Assembly (NCBI GenBank): GCA_947489605.1
Contig: CANLEG010000001.1
Coordinates: 2,071 to 66,070, forward strand
Source of the DNA: Actinomycetota bacterium
GTDB taxonomy: Bacteria; Actinomycetota; Actinomycetes; Nanopelagicales; Nanopelagicaceae
Reading direction: 5' to 3'
Length of the DNA stretch: 64,000 bases
How positions within the stretch are numbered: the stretch's first letter is position 1; each line of letters begins with the position of its first letter. Under the pieces are notes generated by a model. The model searched no databases. It saw nothing but the letters and a program-made list of their open reading frames with translations, and was not told the DNA's origin. Made by a program: the position numbers and the translations under genes. Below, piece after piece: positions 1 to 9,997 of the stretch.

Positions 1-657
1 GCAAACGCAATGAGTAAAGCTGTTGATTTACTTCGCGAATCCAAATCTCCACTAGCAATTGATTTAGCTTGCACACTTGGTGAATGGTGGTTCTCTTCGA
101 AGGAATATGAGAAGACTATTGAATGTATGTCTGAATGCGTTCAAGAGCATTTAGTTGATGGAAATGACAGTGGCGCCGCAAATGATTTACATTTAATTGG
201 ATGCGCACAGCGGGAATTAAAAAACTATGGGCAAGCTTTGGAATCATTTCAAGAAGCGCGTGCACTGTTTAAGAAGTTAAAAGAAGTTATAAATGTTGCA
301 AGGTGCGATCAGAAAATTGCGCACTGCCTAACCGAGATTGGCGATGGCGAAGCAGCACTAATTTCTGCACAGAAATCCTTAGATGTCTTCGTTACTGCGC
401 ACGACCATTATCGTGAAACATATTCCCTTTTAGAATTAGGTAAGGCCCAAATAGTTGCAGGACAAGGTGAAGAGGGCTTAAATACTTTAGATCGCGTTCT
501 AGAAATTGCAACTGATAACGAGAATAGAGATTTCGAATTTATCCTGGAAATCGAAGGCCGGATGGCTGATGTCCTGCATTCATTGGGTCGCGAAGATGAA
601 GCTGAAGAGATTCGGCGTCGCGTAAAGGCAGTGGAAGAAGTAATTAAAGAAGATTAA
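1..657 (+). CDS. TPR-repeat helical protein, probably 5'-truncated by the window
   Basis: TPR-like helical repeats (LACTLGEWW, LHLIGCAQRELKNYGQALESFQEA, LLELGKAQ); frame is open from base 1. Confidence 0.75.
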   Translation, partial: ANAMSKAVDLLRESKSPLAIDLACTLGEWWFSSKEYEKTIECMSECVQEHLVDGNDSGAANDLHLIGCAQRELKNYGQALESFQEARALFKKLKEVINVARCDQKIAHCLTEIGDGEAALISAQKSLDVFVTAHDHYRETYSLLELGKAQIVAGQGEEGLNTLDRVLEIATDNENRDFEFILEIEGRMADVLHSLGREDEAEEIRRRVKAVEEVIKED

Positions 658-1289
658 TTGTTTAGGTGTTGCATCGCCCAGGCATACATAGCAATTGCAC
701 CAGCAGCAGAAGCATTCATTGATCTTGTAGAACCATATTGTCTGATTGCAAGAACTGTTTCACAAATGTCAACAGCCTCATCTGACATTCCAGCACCTTC
801 CTGCCCAAAGAAGAGAACGCATTTTTTCGGCAAGTTCATAGTTTCCAATTCTTTCGAAATTGGCAAATTATCAATTCCAATTATCGGAACATCATTTTCG
901 TTACACCAAATTTGAAAATCACCAACAGTTGGATGGTGCAATACATGGAGATATTTATCTGTAACCATTGCACCACGCTTGTTCCAATCGCGTTTACCAA
1001 CGATGTGAACTTTTGAAACGTTGAATGCATTTGCAGTGCGAACTACTGATCCAATATTCAAATCATGCTGCCAATTTTCAATTGCAATCTGTAAATCATG
1101 TCGCTTCGTATCTAAATCAGCGACTATTGCTTCGACGCTCCAGTAACGGTAGTGATCTAAAACATTTCTGCGGTCTCCGTTTGCAAGAAGCTCTGGATCA
1201 AAATGATTTGCTTCAGGCCATGGTTTTGGATGTGGACCAACACCAACCACTGGATAGAATTCCCCAGGTCCAATTTCGGCGGTAGTCAT
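654..1289 (-). CDS. TrmH/SpoU family RNA 2'-O-methyltransferase
   Basis: SPOUT motifs NIGSVVRTA, FGQEGAGM, SMNASAA; ATG 1289 chosen because TAATGT lies 6 nt upstream. Confidence 0.9.
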   Translation of the reverse strand: MTTAEIGPGEFYPVVGVGPHPKPWPEANHFDPELLANGDRRNVLDHYRYWSVEAIVADLDTKRHDLQIAIENWQHDLNIGSVVRTANAFNVSKVHIVGKRDWNKRGAMVTDKYLHVLHHPTVGDFQIWCNENDVPIIGIDNLPISKELETMNLPKKCVLFFGQEGAGMSDEAVDICETVLAIRQYGSTRSMNASAAGAIAMYAWAMQHLNN

Positions 1290-1313
1290 ACCCAAACATT
1301 AGGGGGAGTTTGC

Positions 1314-2204
1314 ATGAAGCAAAAATCCTGGCTCCCTATTTATTTACTACTTGGCTTAGTCTGGGGATCTTCCTTTGTCTTTATCAAATTAGGGCTTGAA
1401 TTCCTAAATCCGGTTGGCGTTGCTTTTGGAAGATGCGCCCTTGGCGCAATGATTCTGCTGCTTATTGTAAAAATCCGTGGCATCAAACTTCCAAGTGATT
1501 CAAAAACTTGGTTTATTCTCTGGGTCGTTTCACTGCTTCTAAATGTTTTTCCTGGATTTTTATTTGCATATGCCCAGCAACAAGTTACAACAGTTCTTGC
1601 TGGAATCATTAATGCTTGTACGCCATTAACAACTCTTTTATTTCTTTTTATATTTTTTAGATCTGAGAAAATCGCAGCCCAACATATTATTGGTTTGGTC
1701 CTTGGTGGAATTGGAGTTTTGACAGTATTGGGTATTTGGAATGGGCTTGGTGCTGGTTCAACAAGTGGCGTCATTGCGCTTCTAGCTGCAATCACTTGCT
1801 ATGGTCTTTCATTCCCAATAATCAAAAAGTATTTAACTCCACTGAAATTACGGGCAGAGGCACTTGCTGCAGGTCAAGTGACGGCCGGCGCCATAACACT
1901 TCTTCCATTTTATTTAGTGGATGGCATTGCTAAGAATGAATATCGTTTTGGTCCGGTATTAGCAATGATGGCACTTGGGATCTTCGGTAGTGGCCTGGCC
2001 TATATCTGGAATTTCCAAATAGTTGAACGAGCAGGAAGTTCAGTCGCGAGTTCTGTTACTTACTTAACTCCAGTTGTTGCGGTGTTTATTGGATGGATTT
2101 TCCTGGGCGAGAACATCACCTGGCATGAGCCAGTTGGTGGTGCAATTGTTATTCTTGGCGCAGCAATCTCGCAAGGCAGATTTAGCAAGAAAGTTGTGAA
2201 ATAA
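1314..2204 (+). CDS. DMT/EamA family transporter
   Basis: ~10 TM segments, WGSSF and YLTPVVAVFIGWIFLGE motifs; ATG 1314 follows GGGGAG and avoids overlap with the TrmH gene. Confidence 0.9.
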   Translation: MKQKSWLPIYLLLGLVWGSSFVFIKLGLEFLNPVGVAFGRCALGAMILLLIVKIRGIKLPSDSKTWFILWVVSLLLNVFPGFLFAYAQQQVTTVLAGIINACTPLTTLLFLFIFFRSEKIAAQHIIGLVLGGIGVLTVLGIWNGLGAGSTSGVIALLAAITCYGLSFPIIKKYLTPLKLRAEALAAGQVTAGAITLLPFYLVDGIAKNEYRFGPVLAMMALGIFGSGLAYIWNFQIVERAGSSVASSVTYLTPVVAVFIGWIFLGENITWHEPVGGAIVILGAAISQGRFSKKVVK

Positions 2205-2205
2205 A

Positions 2206-3336
2206 TTGTTTCTACGAAAAATGATATCCGTTACATCAATTATTGGTTTATTAGTGTCATCAACACCAAATGCACATGCGCTTTCAGTTCCTAGTTCCTT
2301 TAAAAAACTTGCTACTTCACCCACTCTTGCAAAACCAGGAATCATCGTTTTTGATCCAACAACACAGACCGAGATTTATTCAGATTTCGCAGATGTGCCA
2401 CGAGCCCCGGCGTCAGTATTAAAACTAATCTCGGCAACTGCAGCCATAACAGCTTTCGGGCCAGAGAAAGTTTTCCACACAACGATTAGTTCAACCAATG
2501 ATCCAGATGTTTTTATGATGCAAGGAGAGCGCGACCCTTGGTTAACTACTAGCTCGCGAGATTCAAAGAAATTTAACCGTGCTCTATCTACAAAACTTAT
2601 TAATGAAATTGCAAAGAATCGAGATGGCTTTTCTGGCTTGAAAATTAAGTTTAACGGGATGTTTGATGCAGATATCAAGAGCCTAAGAATTTTTTATGGA
2701 AACAAAATAAAATTTGAAAGAATCTCTAAACCACCAGTAGTCCCTGATCAAGAACCAACAGAGATTGCAAGAATTACATCGCCCACATTGCGCGAAATCT
2801 TGGAATTTACGCTTCTGTGGAGTGACAATGTTTTAGCCGATCGCTTAGCGAGGAATGCTGCCGTTGAGATGGGCTATTCACGTGATGACGAAAGTTTGAA
2901 TATGGTCTTTGAAGAAACTTTGGAATTATTAGACGTTGATTCGACTGGCTTAAAAGTTTTTGATGGCAGTGGGCTTTCACGTGAAAACCGAGTTTCTGTC
3001 CGAACAATTGCTGAGCTCTTGCTCAAGATTAGAAGTGAACCACAGTTCCAAGCGATTTATGACGGTCTTCCACTTTCTGGTAAAACTGGAACTTTAAAGA
3101 AAAGGTTTCAGGAATATGGATCAGCCGCAAAAGGTTTAGTTAAAGCAAAAACTGGTTGGATAAATAGATCCGTAACTCTGGCTGGGTATGTTGAAGCTGG
3201 AGAAAGTGAATATGTATTTGCGATTATCGCAAATCGTGTAACTCCAACTGAAAATTCGCGGGATCGGGCAAGAAATATAATTGACAAGATGTTGGCAACT
3301 ATCGCTAAACCGCTTGAAATAGCGGCAGTAGGCTAG
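2206..3336 (+). CDS. dacB: D-Ala-D-Ala carboxypeptidase/endopeptidase (peptidase S13, PBP4-like)
   Basis: Signal peptide; PASVLK (SxxK), SDN, DGSGLS and KTG motifs. Confidence 0.9.
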   Translation: MFLRKMISVTSIIGLLVSSTPNAHALSVPSSFKKLATSPTLAKPGIIVFDPTTQTEIYSDFADVPRAPASVLKLISATAAITAFGPEKVFHTTISSTNDPDVFMMQGERDPWLTTSSRDSKKFNRALSTKLINEIAKNRDGFSGLKIKFNGMFDADIKSLRIFYGNKIKFERISKPPVVPDQEPTEIARITSPTLREILEFTLLWSDNVLADRLARNAAVEMGYSRDDESLNMVFEETLELLDVDSTGLKVFDGSGLSRENRVSVRTIAELLLKIRSEPQFQAIYDGLPLSGKTGTLKKRFQEYGSAAKGLVKAKTGWINRSVTLAGYVEAGESEYVFAIIANRVTPTENSRDRARNIIDKMLATIAKPLEIAAVG

Positions 3337-3340
3337 GTTC

Positions 3341-4213
3341 GTGCGCAATCTAAAAATCTCGCCTTATATCGCTCTAATGAAATTGCGAGTTGTAGAACTG
3401 TTATTAGTCACCACATTACCCGCACTATTTCTTGCCGCAAAAGGTGTCCCGCCTCTTGGATTAACTATTGCGACCTTAATTGGCGGAACCCTTGCGGCAG
3501 GTGCTTCAAATGCATTTAATATGATTATTGAAGTTGATTCTGATCGCTTAATGGTGCGTACTTCTAAGCGCCCAATAGTCAGTGGTGCAATAAGTGAAAC
3601 CCAGGCATTTATTTTCGCATCAGCCCTAACAATTGTTTCGCTAACAATATTCTCAATATTCACAACGTTGTGGGCAACAGTTCTGACTGCAGCAGCAATT
3701 ATTTTTTATGTTTTTGGATACACCATCGGACTTAAACGGCGAACATCGCAGAATATTGTTTGGGGTGGAATTGCTGGATGCATGCCTGTTCTAATTGGTT
3801 GGGCTGCTGTAACAAATTCCTTGTCATTAACTGCATGGCTCTTCTTCTTGGTTATTTTCTTCTGGACGCCACCACACTTTTGGGCTTTAGCAATCAAATA
3901 CAAAGACGATTATGCGGCTGCTGGAATTCCAATGTTGCCAGTGGTTGCATCAATTAAATCTGTTGAGAAACAGATGTGGTTCCACACGATAGGAATGGTT
4001 CTGGCTTCCCTTGGCGTGAATTGGAGTGAAAAACTTCCATGGTGGTGTTGGGTAATTACTCTCGTAATTGCACTTGGATTTGGCCGCGAATTACTAAAGA
4101 TTGATGGACCTGATTCCAATAAGGCTGCGGCAAAGTTATTTCAATGGTCGATCACATACTTAAGCGTTTATTCGTTACTTCTCGTTATCGCAGCGCTTGT
4201 TGTAAATCCTTAA
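3341..4213 (+). CDS. ctaB: Heme o synthase (protoheme IX farnesyltransferase)
   Basis: DRLMVRTSKRP, LKRRTSQNIVWGG, FFWTPPHFWALA motifs. Confidence 0.95.
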   Translation: MRNLKISPYIALMKLRVVELLLVTTLPALFLAAKGVPPLGLTIATLIGGTLAAGASNAFNMIIEVDSDRLMVRTSKRPIVSGAISETQAFIFASALTIVSLTIFSIFTTLWATVLTAAAIIFYVFGYTIGLKRRTSQNIVWGGIAGCMPVLIGWAAVTNSLSLTAWLFFLVIFFWTPPHFWALAIKYKDDYAAAGIPMLPVVASIKSVEKQMWFHTIGMVLASLGVNWSEKLPWWCWVITLVIALGFGRELLKIDGPDSNKAAAKLFQWSITYLSVYSLLLVIAALVVNP

Positions 4214-5420
4214 TCAAATCCGAAGAGTGTTCCAAGCCGACTGACAAGCGACCTAAAGAATCTGTTATTCCCATAGATTCACGAGTTGCGGCATCTAATC
4301 TGCGGTGAGTAGTTGAAGCTGGATGAGTAATAAGAGATTTGCTATCTCCCAAATTATTAGAAATATCGATAACTTTTAGCGCATCCATCACCTTAAATAG
4401 CTCTTTTGATCCGCCAGCTATTTCAAAACTCAAAGTTGTTCCAGCCCCCAACATTTGTTTTTGGGCAATTTCGTAACCACTGTGTGACTTAAGACCAGGG
4501 TAATTAACTGAAGTTACTTTGGATTGGGTAGTTAAAAACTCGGCAATTAGCTGTGCTGTTTCATTCATCTTACTTACGCGCATTGAAAGTGTTTCAAGTG
4601 ACTTTACTAAAACCCAAGCATTGAAAGCGCTGAGGGTTGGTCCGGTATGACGTATAAATGGATTTAAATAATTTTGAATGTAGTCAAAGCTACCAAGAAT
4701 GGCGCCACCTAGAACTCGACCCTGACCATCAATATGTTTTGTCGCGGAATACATAACTACATCTGCACCGTGTTGTAGCGGCTTCTGTAGAACTGGGGAT
4801 GCCATTACATTGTCAACAATTACCGTTGCTCCGACGTTATGTGCCAAATCGCTAACCATCTTTAAGTCAACAATTTCTAACATGGGATTGCTTGGAGTCT
4901 CGATAAATACAACTTTAGTTTTTTCGCTTAAAGCTTTCTCCCAGGTCTTTTTATCGTTACCTTTTACAAATTCAACTTTAATTCCCCATTTAGGAAGAAT
5001 TTCAGATAGCACTACATAGCAGGAACTAAACATTGAAGCAGCAGCAACAACACGATCTCCTGCTTCCACCATGCAAGCAATTGATGCAAACATCGCTGAC
5101 ATACCAGATCCTGTTGCAACGCAGAATTCGGCACCTTCTATTGCTGCAAGGCGTTGTTCAAACATCGAGACTGTTGGGTTTGCAAAACGACTGTAAACAA
5201 AATGATCAATTTCATCAGTAAATGAATGAACTGCTTGTTCTGCTGTGTCGTATGTGTATCCGCTTGTTAAATACATTGCTTCGCCAGTTTCACCGAAACC
5301 AGATCTAGCTAAACCGGCTCTTACTGCAAGTGTTTCTTCATGTAACTGCCAGTCAGGAATATTTCCGTCAGTGGAACCAGAAGAATTGGAATATCCCCAA
5401 GGTCGATGCTGATGAGTCAT
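4185..5420 (-). CDS. metZ: O-succinylhomoserine sulfhydrylase (Cys/Met PLP enzyme)
   Basis: YSRFANPT, YSATKHIDGQGRVLGG (PLP lysine), NNLGDSKSLITHPASTTH. Confidence 0.9.
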   Translation of the reverse strand: MTHQHRPWGYSNSSGSTDGNIPDWQLHEETLAVRAGLARSGFGETGEAMYLTSGYTYDTAEQAVHSFTDEIDHFVYSRFANPTVSMFEQRLAAIEGAEFCVATGSGMSAMFASIACMVEAGDRVVAAASMFSSCYVVLSEILPKWGIKVEFVKGNDKKTWEKALSEKTKVVFIETPSNPMLEIVDLKMVSDLAHNVGATVIVDNVMASPVLQKPLQHGADVVMYSATKHIDGQGRVLGGAILGSFDYIQNYLNPFIRHTGPTLSAFNAWVLVKSLETLSMRVSKMNETAQLIAEFLTTQSKVTSVNYPGLKSHSGYEIAQKQMLGAGTTLSFEIAGGSKELFKVMDALKVIDISNNLGDSKSLITHPASTTHRRLDAATRESMGITDSLGRLSVGLEHSSDLIKDLQQALR

Positions 5421-5449
5421 GCGCGAAGTTTAGTAGATAGGGTGCGACC

Positions 5450-6355
5450 ATGGAAAAAGCGGCGATAACAGCCTCCGATTTAACAAAAATGTATGGTGAT
5501 CGAGCAGCGCTATCGCATGGAAACTTCGTTGTGCCCGAAGGTTCAATTTGTGGCTTTGTTGGCCCAAATGGTTCAGGCAAAACAACAACGATTCGAATGT
5601 TATTGGGGCTGATTACACCTTCAGGTGGAACTGCAACTGTTTTGGGAGAGAGTATTTCGCACCCTGAAAAATATTTACCTTTTGTTGGCGCAATGATTGA
5701 AGGCCCAGCCTTTTATCCAGCTTTGTCGGGACGTGAAAATCTAAAAGTATTGGCAGAGCTTGGTGGTTTTCCACTTTCAAGAGTCGATCAATTACTAGAA
5801 AAAGTTGATTTAGCAGATCGTGGCGGTTCAAAATTTAAAACTTACTCATTAGGAATGAAACAGCGATTAGGAATTGCGGCCGCACTTCTACCGAACCCAA
5901 AATTATTAATATTAGATGAACCTACAAACGGCCTTGATCCATCGGGAATTCAGGAAGTTCGCGGAATCATTCGTGATTTGGCTGATACTGGAACAACAGT
6001 TTTTGTTTCTTCACACATTCTTAGCGAATTAGAAATGATCTGTGAATACCTAGTTATGTTGCGTGAAGGAAAAGTTATTTTCTCTGGCCGAACCCAAGAG
6101 CTGCTCTCCGGTCAGAAGCCAATAATTATTGCTAAGCCAGAATATGAAGTCGATCTAAACACTCTCGCGAAAAAACTAAGTGAGTCTGGATTTACTAACT
6201 CAATTGTTAATGGAAGTTTACATATTGAAGCAGGGCAAGAGGCAAGTGCAGCAATTAATCGAATGGCATTTGAAGCGGGCATAACTCTGGCTTCGATATC
6301 AGTGGTCCTGCCAACGCTCGAAGAAACGTTCTTTGAAATGACAGGAGAGAACTAA
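5450..6355 (+). CDS. ABC exporter ATP-binding protein
   Basis: Walker A GPNGSGKTT, signature YSLGMKQR, LDEPTNGLDP. Confidence 0.92.
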   Translation: MEKAAITASDLTKMYGDRAALSHGNFVVPEGSICGFVGPNGSGKTTTIRMLLGLITPSGGTATVLGESISHPEKYLPFVGAMIEGPAFYPALSGRENLKVLAELGGFPLSRVDQLLEKVDLADRGGSKFKTYSLGMKQRLGIAAALLPNPKLLILDEPTNGLDPSGIQEVRGIIRDLADTGTTVFVSSHILSELEMICEYLVMLREGKVIFSGRTQELLSGQKPIIIAKPEYEVDLNTLAKKLSESGFTNSIVNGSLHIEAGQEASAAINRMAFEAGITLASISVVLPTLEETFFEMTGEN

Positions 6356-7146
6356 TGATTCGTGTTGTTATTGCAGAGCTTCGCAAACTTCGACGCCCTT
6401 CACTCTTATTAGGAACAATTGCCACAGTTGGTGGATTAACAGCGCTATTTACCTCAATAATTTTCTTAATGATTGATTCTGAAAATGGAAATTCAGAACG
6501 AGGCGAACGAATTAGTGCCGCTGAATTAAGTAATCCCACAGGGCTTATTAATGGTTTTCAATTAGTCGGAGTATTCCTTGGCATAGTTTCACTCTGCATT
6601 TTCGCTTCACAAACCGCTCAGGAGTATTCCCTTGGAACGCTGCGAAATTTGCTTGTTCGCCAACCTTCGCGGATGAAGATATTGGCTGGAAAATTTATTG
6701 CAATGAAATTATTTGCCTTAGTAATGGTGCTATTTGCAGGTGCGCTTAGTATTGCTATCTCATATGCACTTTCTGGGCGAGCAAAAGTAGATACAACTTC
6801 TTGGGGAACATCTGCTGCGATGCAGCTGTTATTCGAAAACACGCTAAATATTTTTATTTCCACACTTTGCTACGGTGCCTTCGGAATGATCCTAGGCCTC
6901 CTCTTGAGATCCCCGATTAGCGCAATAGCAGTCGGAGTTCTTTGGAGTTTAATCCTTGAGAATATTCTGGGAGCTTTAGTCAAGAGCACAGTGAAATGGC
7001 TACCTGGATTCAATTTCCAGAACCTAAGTTCTGGGGGCGGTTTGAATTCAAGCTACAAACATTCGTTGGCAATATCCTTGGGATATCTAATTATTGGTGG
7101 CGGTCTTGCAGCGATTTTGTTTAAAAGACGAGATGTTGCTAATTAG
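6355..7146 (+). CDS. ABC-2 type permease
   Basis: 6 TM, EYSLGTLRNLL..PSR..ILAGK motif, C-terminal FKRRDV; coupled to the ATPase gene. Confidence 0.88.
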   Translation: MIRVVIAELRKLRRPSLLLGTIATVGGLTALFTSIIFLMIDSENGNSERGERISAAELSNPTGLINGFQLVGVFLGIVSLCIFASQTAQEYSLGTLRNLLVRQPSRMKILAGKFIAMKLFALVMVLFAGALSIAISYALSGRAKVDTTSWGTSAAMQLLFENTLNIFISTLCYGAFGMILGLLLRSPISAIAVGVLWSLILENILGALVKSTVKWLPGFNFQNLSSGGGLNSSYKHSLAISLGYLIIGGGLAAILFKRRDVAN

Positions 7147-7201
7147 CGACACAACGCCTTAATTTCCATTAATTCTCAGGTTAAACCTTTATTATTGTCC
7201 G

Positions 7202-8419
7202 ATGTCGAGAAAAATAACAAGTGCATTTTTGGTGCTTGCATTTTCTTTTACGACGCTTAACGCAGATTTGGTTTCAGCAAAAACTCCAAAACCAACCAAG
7301 GCTCAGATAGATGCTGCCAAGAAGGAAGAGGCAGCAAAAGAAGCTGCTGCGAAAAAAGCAGCCGCGGTATTAAGTAGTGCAACTAAAACACTGAATCAAC
7401 TTGCAGCGATTGCATACACAGCGCAGGTGGCGTACAACAAAGCCCTTGCCGAGTTAAGAATTGCTAAAGCAAATGCAGATGCTGCTGCAGTCCATGCAAT
7501 AAAAACTCAGGCTGAAGTTAGCAAGGCAAATACTGTTATTGGAAAAATGGCTTCGAACGCGTACAAACTGGGCGGCGACTTAACAAATATAAATGTATTA
7601 CTCAGTGCAAATGGGCCACAAGATTTAATTGATCAACTTACGACGCTAGATAATATTGGAAACACCAATACTGTTGCGCTAAAGCGTTTCAAAGCGGCGG
7701 AAGCTATTGCGAGGGTTGCGAAGTTAGAAGCTGATAGAACAAAAGCAGCCCAAGAAGTAGCTACAGTCAAAGTAGCGGAAACCAAGAAAGTTGCAGATCA
7801 GGCAAAAGCTGCTCAACAAAAAGAGGTAGATAAACTTCGCGCGGTTCAGAATAAATTAGCTGCCGAACTTTCTAAGGCTAAGAACTTTAGAGTTTCTCTC
7901 GAGGTCCAACGCCAGCTTGCGCTTCTAGAAGAATCAAATGCAGCAACAGCGACAAGAACTCCAAATCAATTTAAGGTCTGGCCAAATAAGGGCTTTACTG
8001 GACGTACGACAATTCGATCGACTGAAGCAATTAGAACTAAAGCAGTTGCTTATGCCAAGAAACAAGTTTTAGCTCGCAACCCGGTTAAACCTTATGTTTG
8101 GGGAGCACAAGGTCCAAATTCCTTTGATTGTTCTGGCCTGGTTTATGCAGCATATAAAGATGCGGGTCTAGGTTGGCCAACTTGGGGTCGCTTAAATGCG
8201 GCACTCTATTTTGTTGCTACAAAGCGTGTGCCATTTAGTGAATTACTTCCAGGAGATCTCCTTTTCTATTCTTATGATGGTTCAGTGCAAAACATCCACC
8301 ACATAACTATTTATGCGGGGAATGGCATGATGTGGGAAGCAAATTCCAAAAGAGTTGGGCTCATTTACTCAAATATGTACAGCATTAAGGGTTTAATGCC
8401 ATCTGGCGGTCGGGTCTAA
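7202..8419 (+). CDS. Secreted NlpC/P60 peptidoglycan endopeptidase with coiled coil (RipA/RipC-like)
   Basis: Signal peptide, Ala/Lys coiled coil, PYVWGAQGPNSFDCSGL, PGDLLFY, HHITIY. Confidence 0.92.
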   Translation: MSRKITSAFLVLAFSFTTLNADLVSAKTPKPTKAQIDAAKKEEAAKEAAAKKAAAVLSSATKTLNQLAAIAYTAQVAYNKALAELRIAKANADAAAVHAIKTQAEVSKANTVIGKMASNAYKLGGDLTNINVLLSANGPQDLIDQLTTLDNIGNTNTVALKRFKAAEAIARVAKLEADRTKAAQEVATVKVAETKKVADQAKAAQQKEVDKLRAVQNKLAAELSKAKNFRVSLEVQRQLALLEESNAATATRTPNQFKVWPNKGFTGRTTIRSTEAIRTKAVAYAKKQVLARNPVKPYVWGAQGPNSFDCSGLVYAAYKDAGLGWPTWGRLNAALYFVATKRVPFSELLPGDLLFYSYDGSVQNIHHITIYAGNGMMWEANSKRVGLIYSNMYSIKGLMPSGGRV

Positions 8420-8440
8420 TAGTTTTATAGAGTGCTCCAT

Positions 8441-9409
8441 GTGAGCGTTAAAACCCCGGCATTACTTGAACTGCGTAACGCGGTTCGCTTCTGGTTTCAA
8501 AAACTAGATGCAAATTCTAAGGTTTGTATTGGAGTTTCGGGTGGAGCAGATTCACTGGCATTAGCAATTGTCGCAAAATTAGAGGCGGCTGATTTTAATT
8601 TAGATTTAGTAGCAGTAATTGTTGATCATAATCTTCAAGAAAATTCTGCCGAAGTTGCTGCAAGCACAAAGAAAAAACTAAAATCAATTGGATATTCAGA
8701 TATTTTTGTTGGCAAGGCAAATGTAGTAGTTACAGATGGAATTGAAGCTTCTGCAAGGCGTGCTCGGCATCTAGTTTTCCAACAAGCTCTCGAAACTTAT
8801 GGTGCCAAAGTTTTCTTATTAGGCCATACCAAGAATGATCAAGCAGAAGGTGTTTTACTAGGACTTGCTCGTGGATCTGGAACTAAGTCACTTTCTGGAA
8901 TGGCAGAAATTTCTGGCCCTTTTATCAGGCCCTTTTTAAATGTTGACCGCAGCACTACGCAAGCTGCATGTGTTGAATCTGGAATTGAATATTGGAACGA
9001 TCCGCATAACTTAAATACCGAATTCACAAGAGTGCGGGTGCGTGAAAGTATCTTGCCATTAATTGAAAAAGAAATTGGTCCAGGAATTATTGATGCACTT
9101 TCTAGATCAGCAAAGATTTTGCGAGAGGATGCAACCGCGCTAGACGAATGGGCAGAACGAGTTTTTGGTGAAGTAGATCCAGCGGATATCGAAATTTCGC
9201 TCTTGGCCGACCTACCAATCGCTGTCCGAAGCAGAGTGTTAAGGCTGGCTATTTATGCCGCTGGGGCGCCTTCCGGGAGCATTTCAGCCACACATTTAGC
9301 GCCTATTGAAGCTTTTGTGAGTGATTGGCGTGGGCAGGGCCACACTTCCCTACCTGGTGGTGTGAAGGTTTGCAGAATTTCGGGCAGACTTTCGCTCTCG
9401 AAACCATAA
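8441..9409 (+). CDS. tilS: tRNA(Ile)-lysidine synthetase
   Basis: SGGADSLAL PP-loop, GHTKNDQAE; GTG 8441 favoured by TAGAGT 7 nt upstream. Confidence 0.95.
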   Translation: MSVKTPALLELRNAVRFWFQKLDANSKVCIGVSGGADSLALAIVAKLEAADFNLDLVAVIVDHNLQENSAEVAASTKKKLKSIGYSDIFVGKANVVVTDGIEASARRARHLVFQQALETYGAKVFLLGHTKNDQAEGVLLGLARGSGTKSLSGMAEISGPFIRPFLNVDRSTTQAACVESGIEYWNDPHNLNTEFTRVRVRESILPLIEKEIGPGIIDALSRSAKILREDATALDEWAERVFGEVDPADIEISLLADLPIAVRSRVLRLAIYAAGAPSGSISATHLAPIEAFVSDWRGQGHTSLPGGVKVCRISGRLSLSKP

Positions 9410-9445
9410 CCTAATCAGCCTGAAAAGTAGAAAGAGAATCTCCTC

Positions 9446-9997
9446 GTGGATCTAGCAACAACTGGCAAAGACATTGAACGCGTAATCGTTACTGAAGAAC
9501 AAATTCGGTTGCGCCTTAAAGAATTAGCGGTGCAAGTTGAAAAAGATTACGAAGGAAGAGACCTACTTTTGATTGGCGTGCTTAAAGGTGCGGTTATGAC
9601 AATGGCAGATTTTGCAAGATCATTACAACGTCACATCGAGATGGATTGGATGGCAGTTTCTTCTTACGGATCTGGAACAAAATCTAGTGGTGTAGTCCGA
9701 ATTCTTAAAGACTTAGATCGTGACATCACCGGTCGTGAAGTAGTAATCGTTGAAGACATAGTTGACACTGGCTTAACTCTTGGTTGGTTAAAAGCAAATC
9801 TTGAATCGCGTGGCGCGAAGAGCGTAGAAATTCTGACAATGCTTCGCAAGCCTGAAGCGGCAAAAGTTGAAGTGGATGTTAAATATGTAGGATTCGATAT
9901 CCCAACAGAATTCGTTGTCGGATACGGTCTTGATTTTAATGAGAAGTATCGCAATTTAGACTTCATCGGCGTTCTGGCAAAGCATATGTATTCATGA
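9446..9997 (+). CDS. hpt: Hypoxanthine phosphoribosyltransferase
   Basis: VIVEDIVDTGLT PRPP motif, FVVGYGLD; tilS-hpt-ftsH synteny. Confidence 0.97.
   Translation: MDLATTGKDIERVIVTEEQIRLRLKELAVQVEKDYEGRDLLLIGVLKGAVMTMADFARSLQRHIEMDWMAVSSYGSGTKSSGVVRILKDLDRDITGREVVIVEDIVDTGLTLGWLKANLESRGAKSVEILTMLRKPEAAKVEVDVKYVGFDIPTEFVVGYGLDFNEKYRNLDFIGVLAKHMYS

Noticed and set aside
7280-7900. Ala/Lys low-complexity stretch
   Set aside because: It is the ordinary coiled coil of an NlpC/P60 hydrolase.
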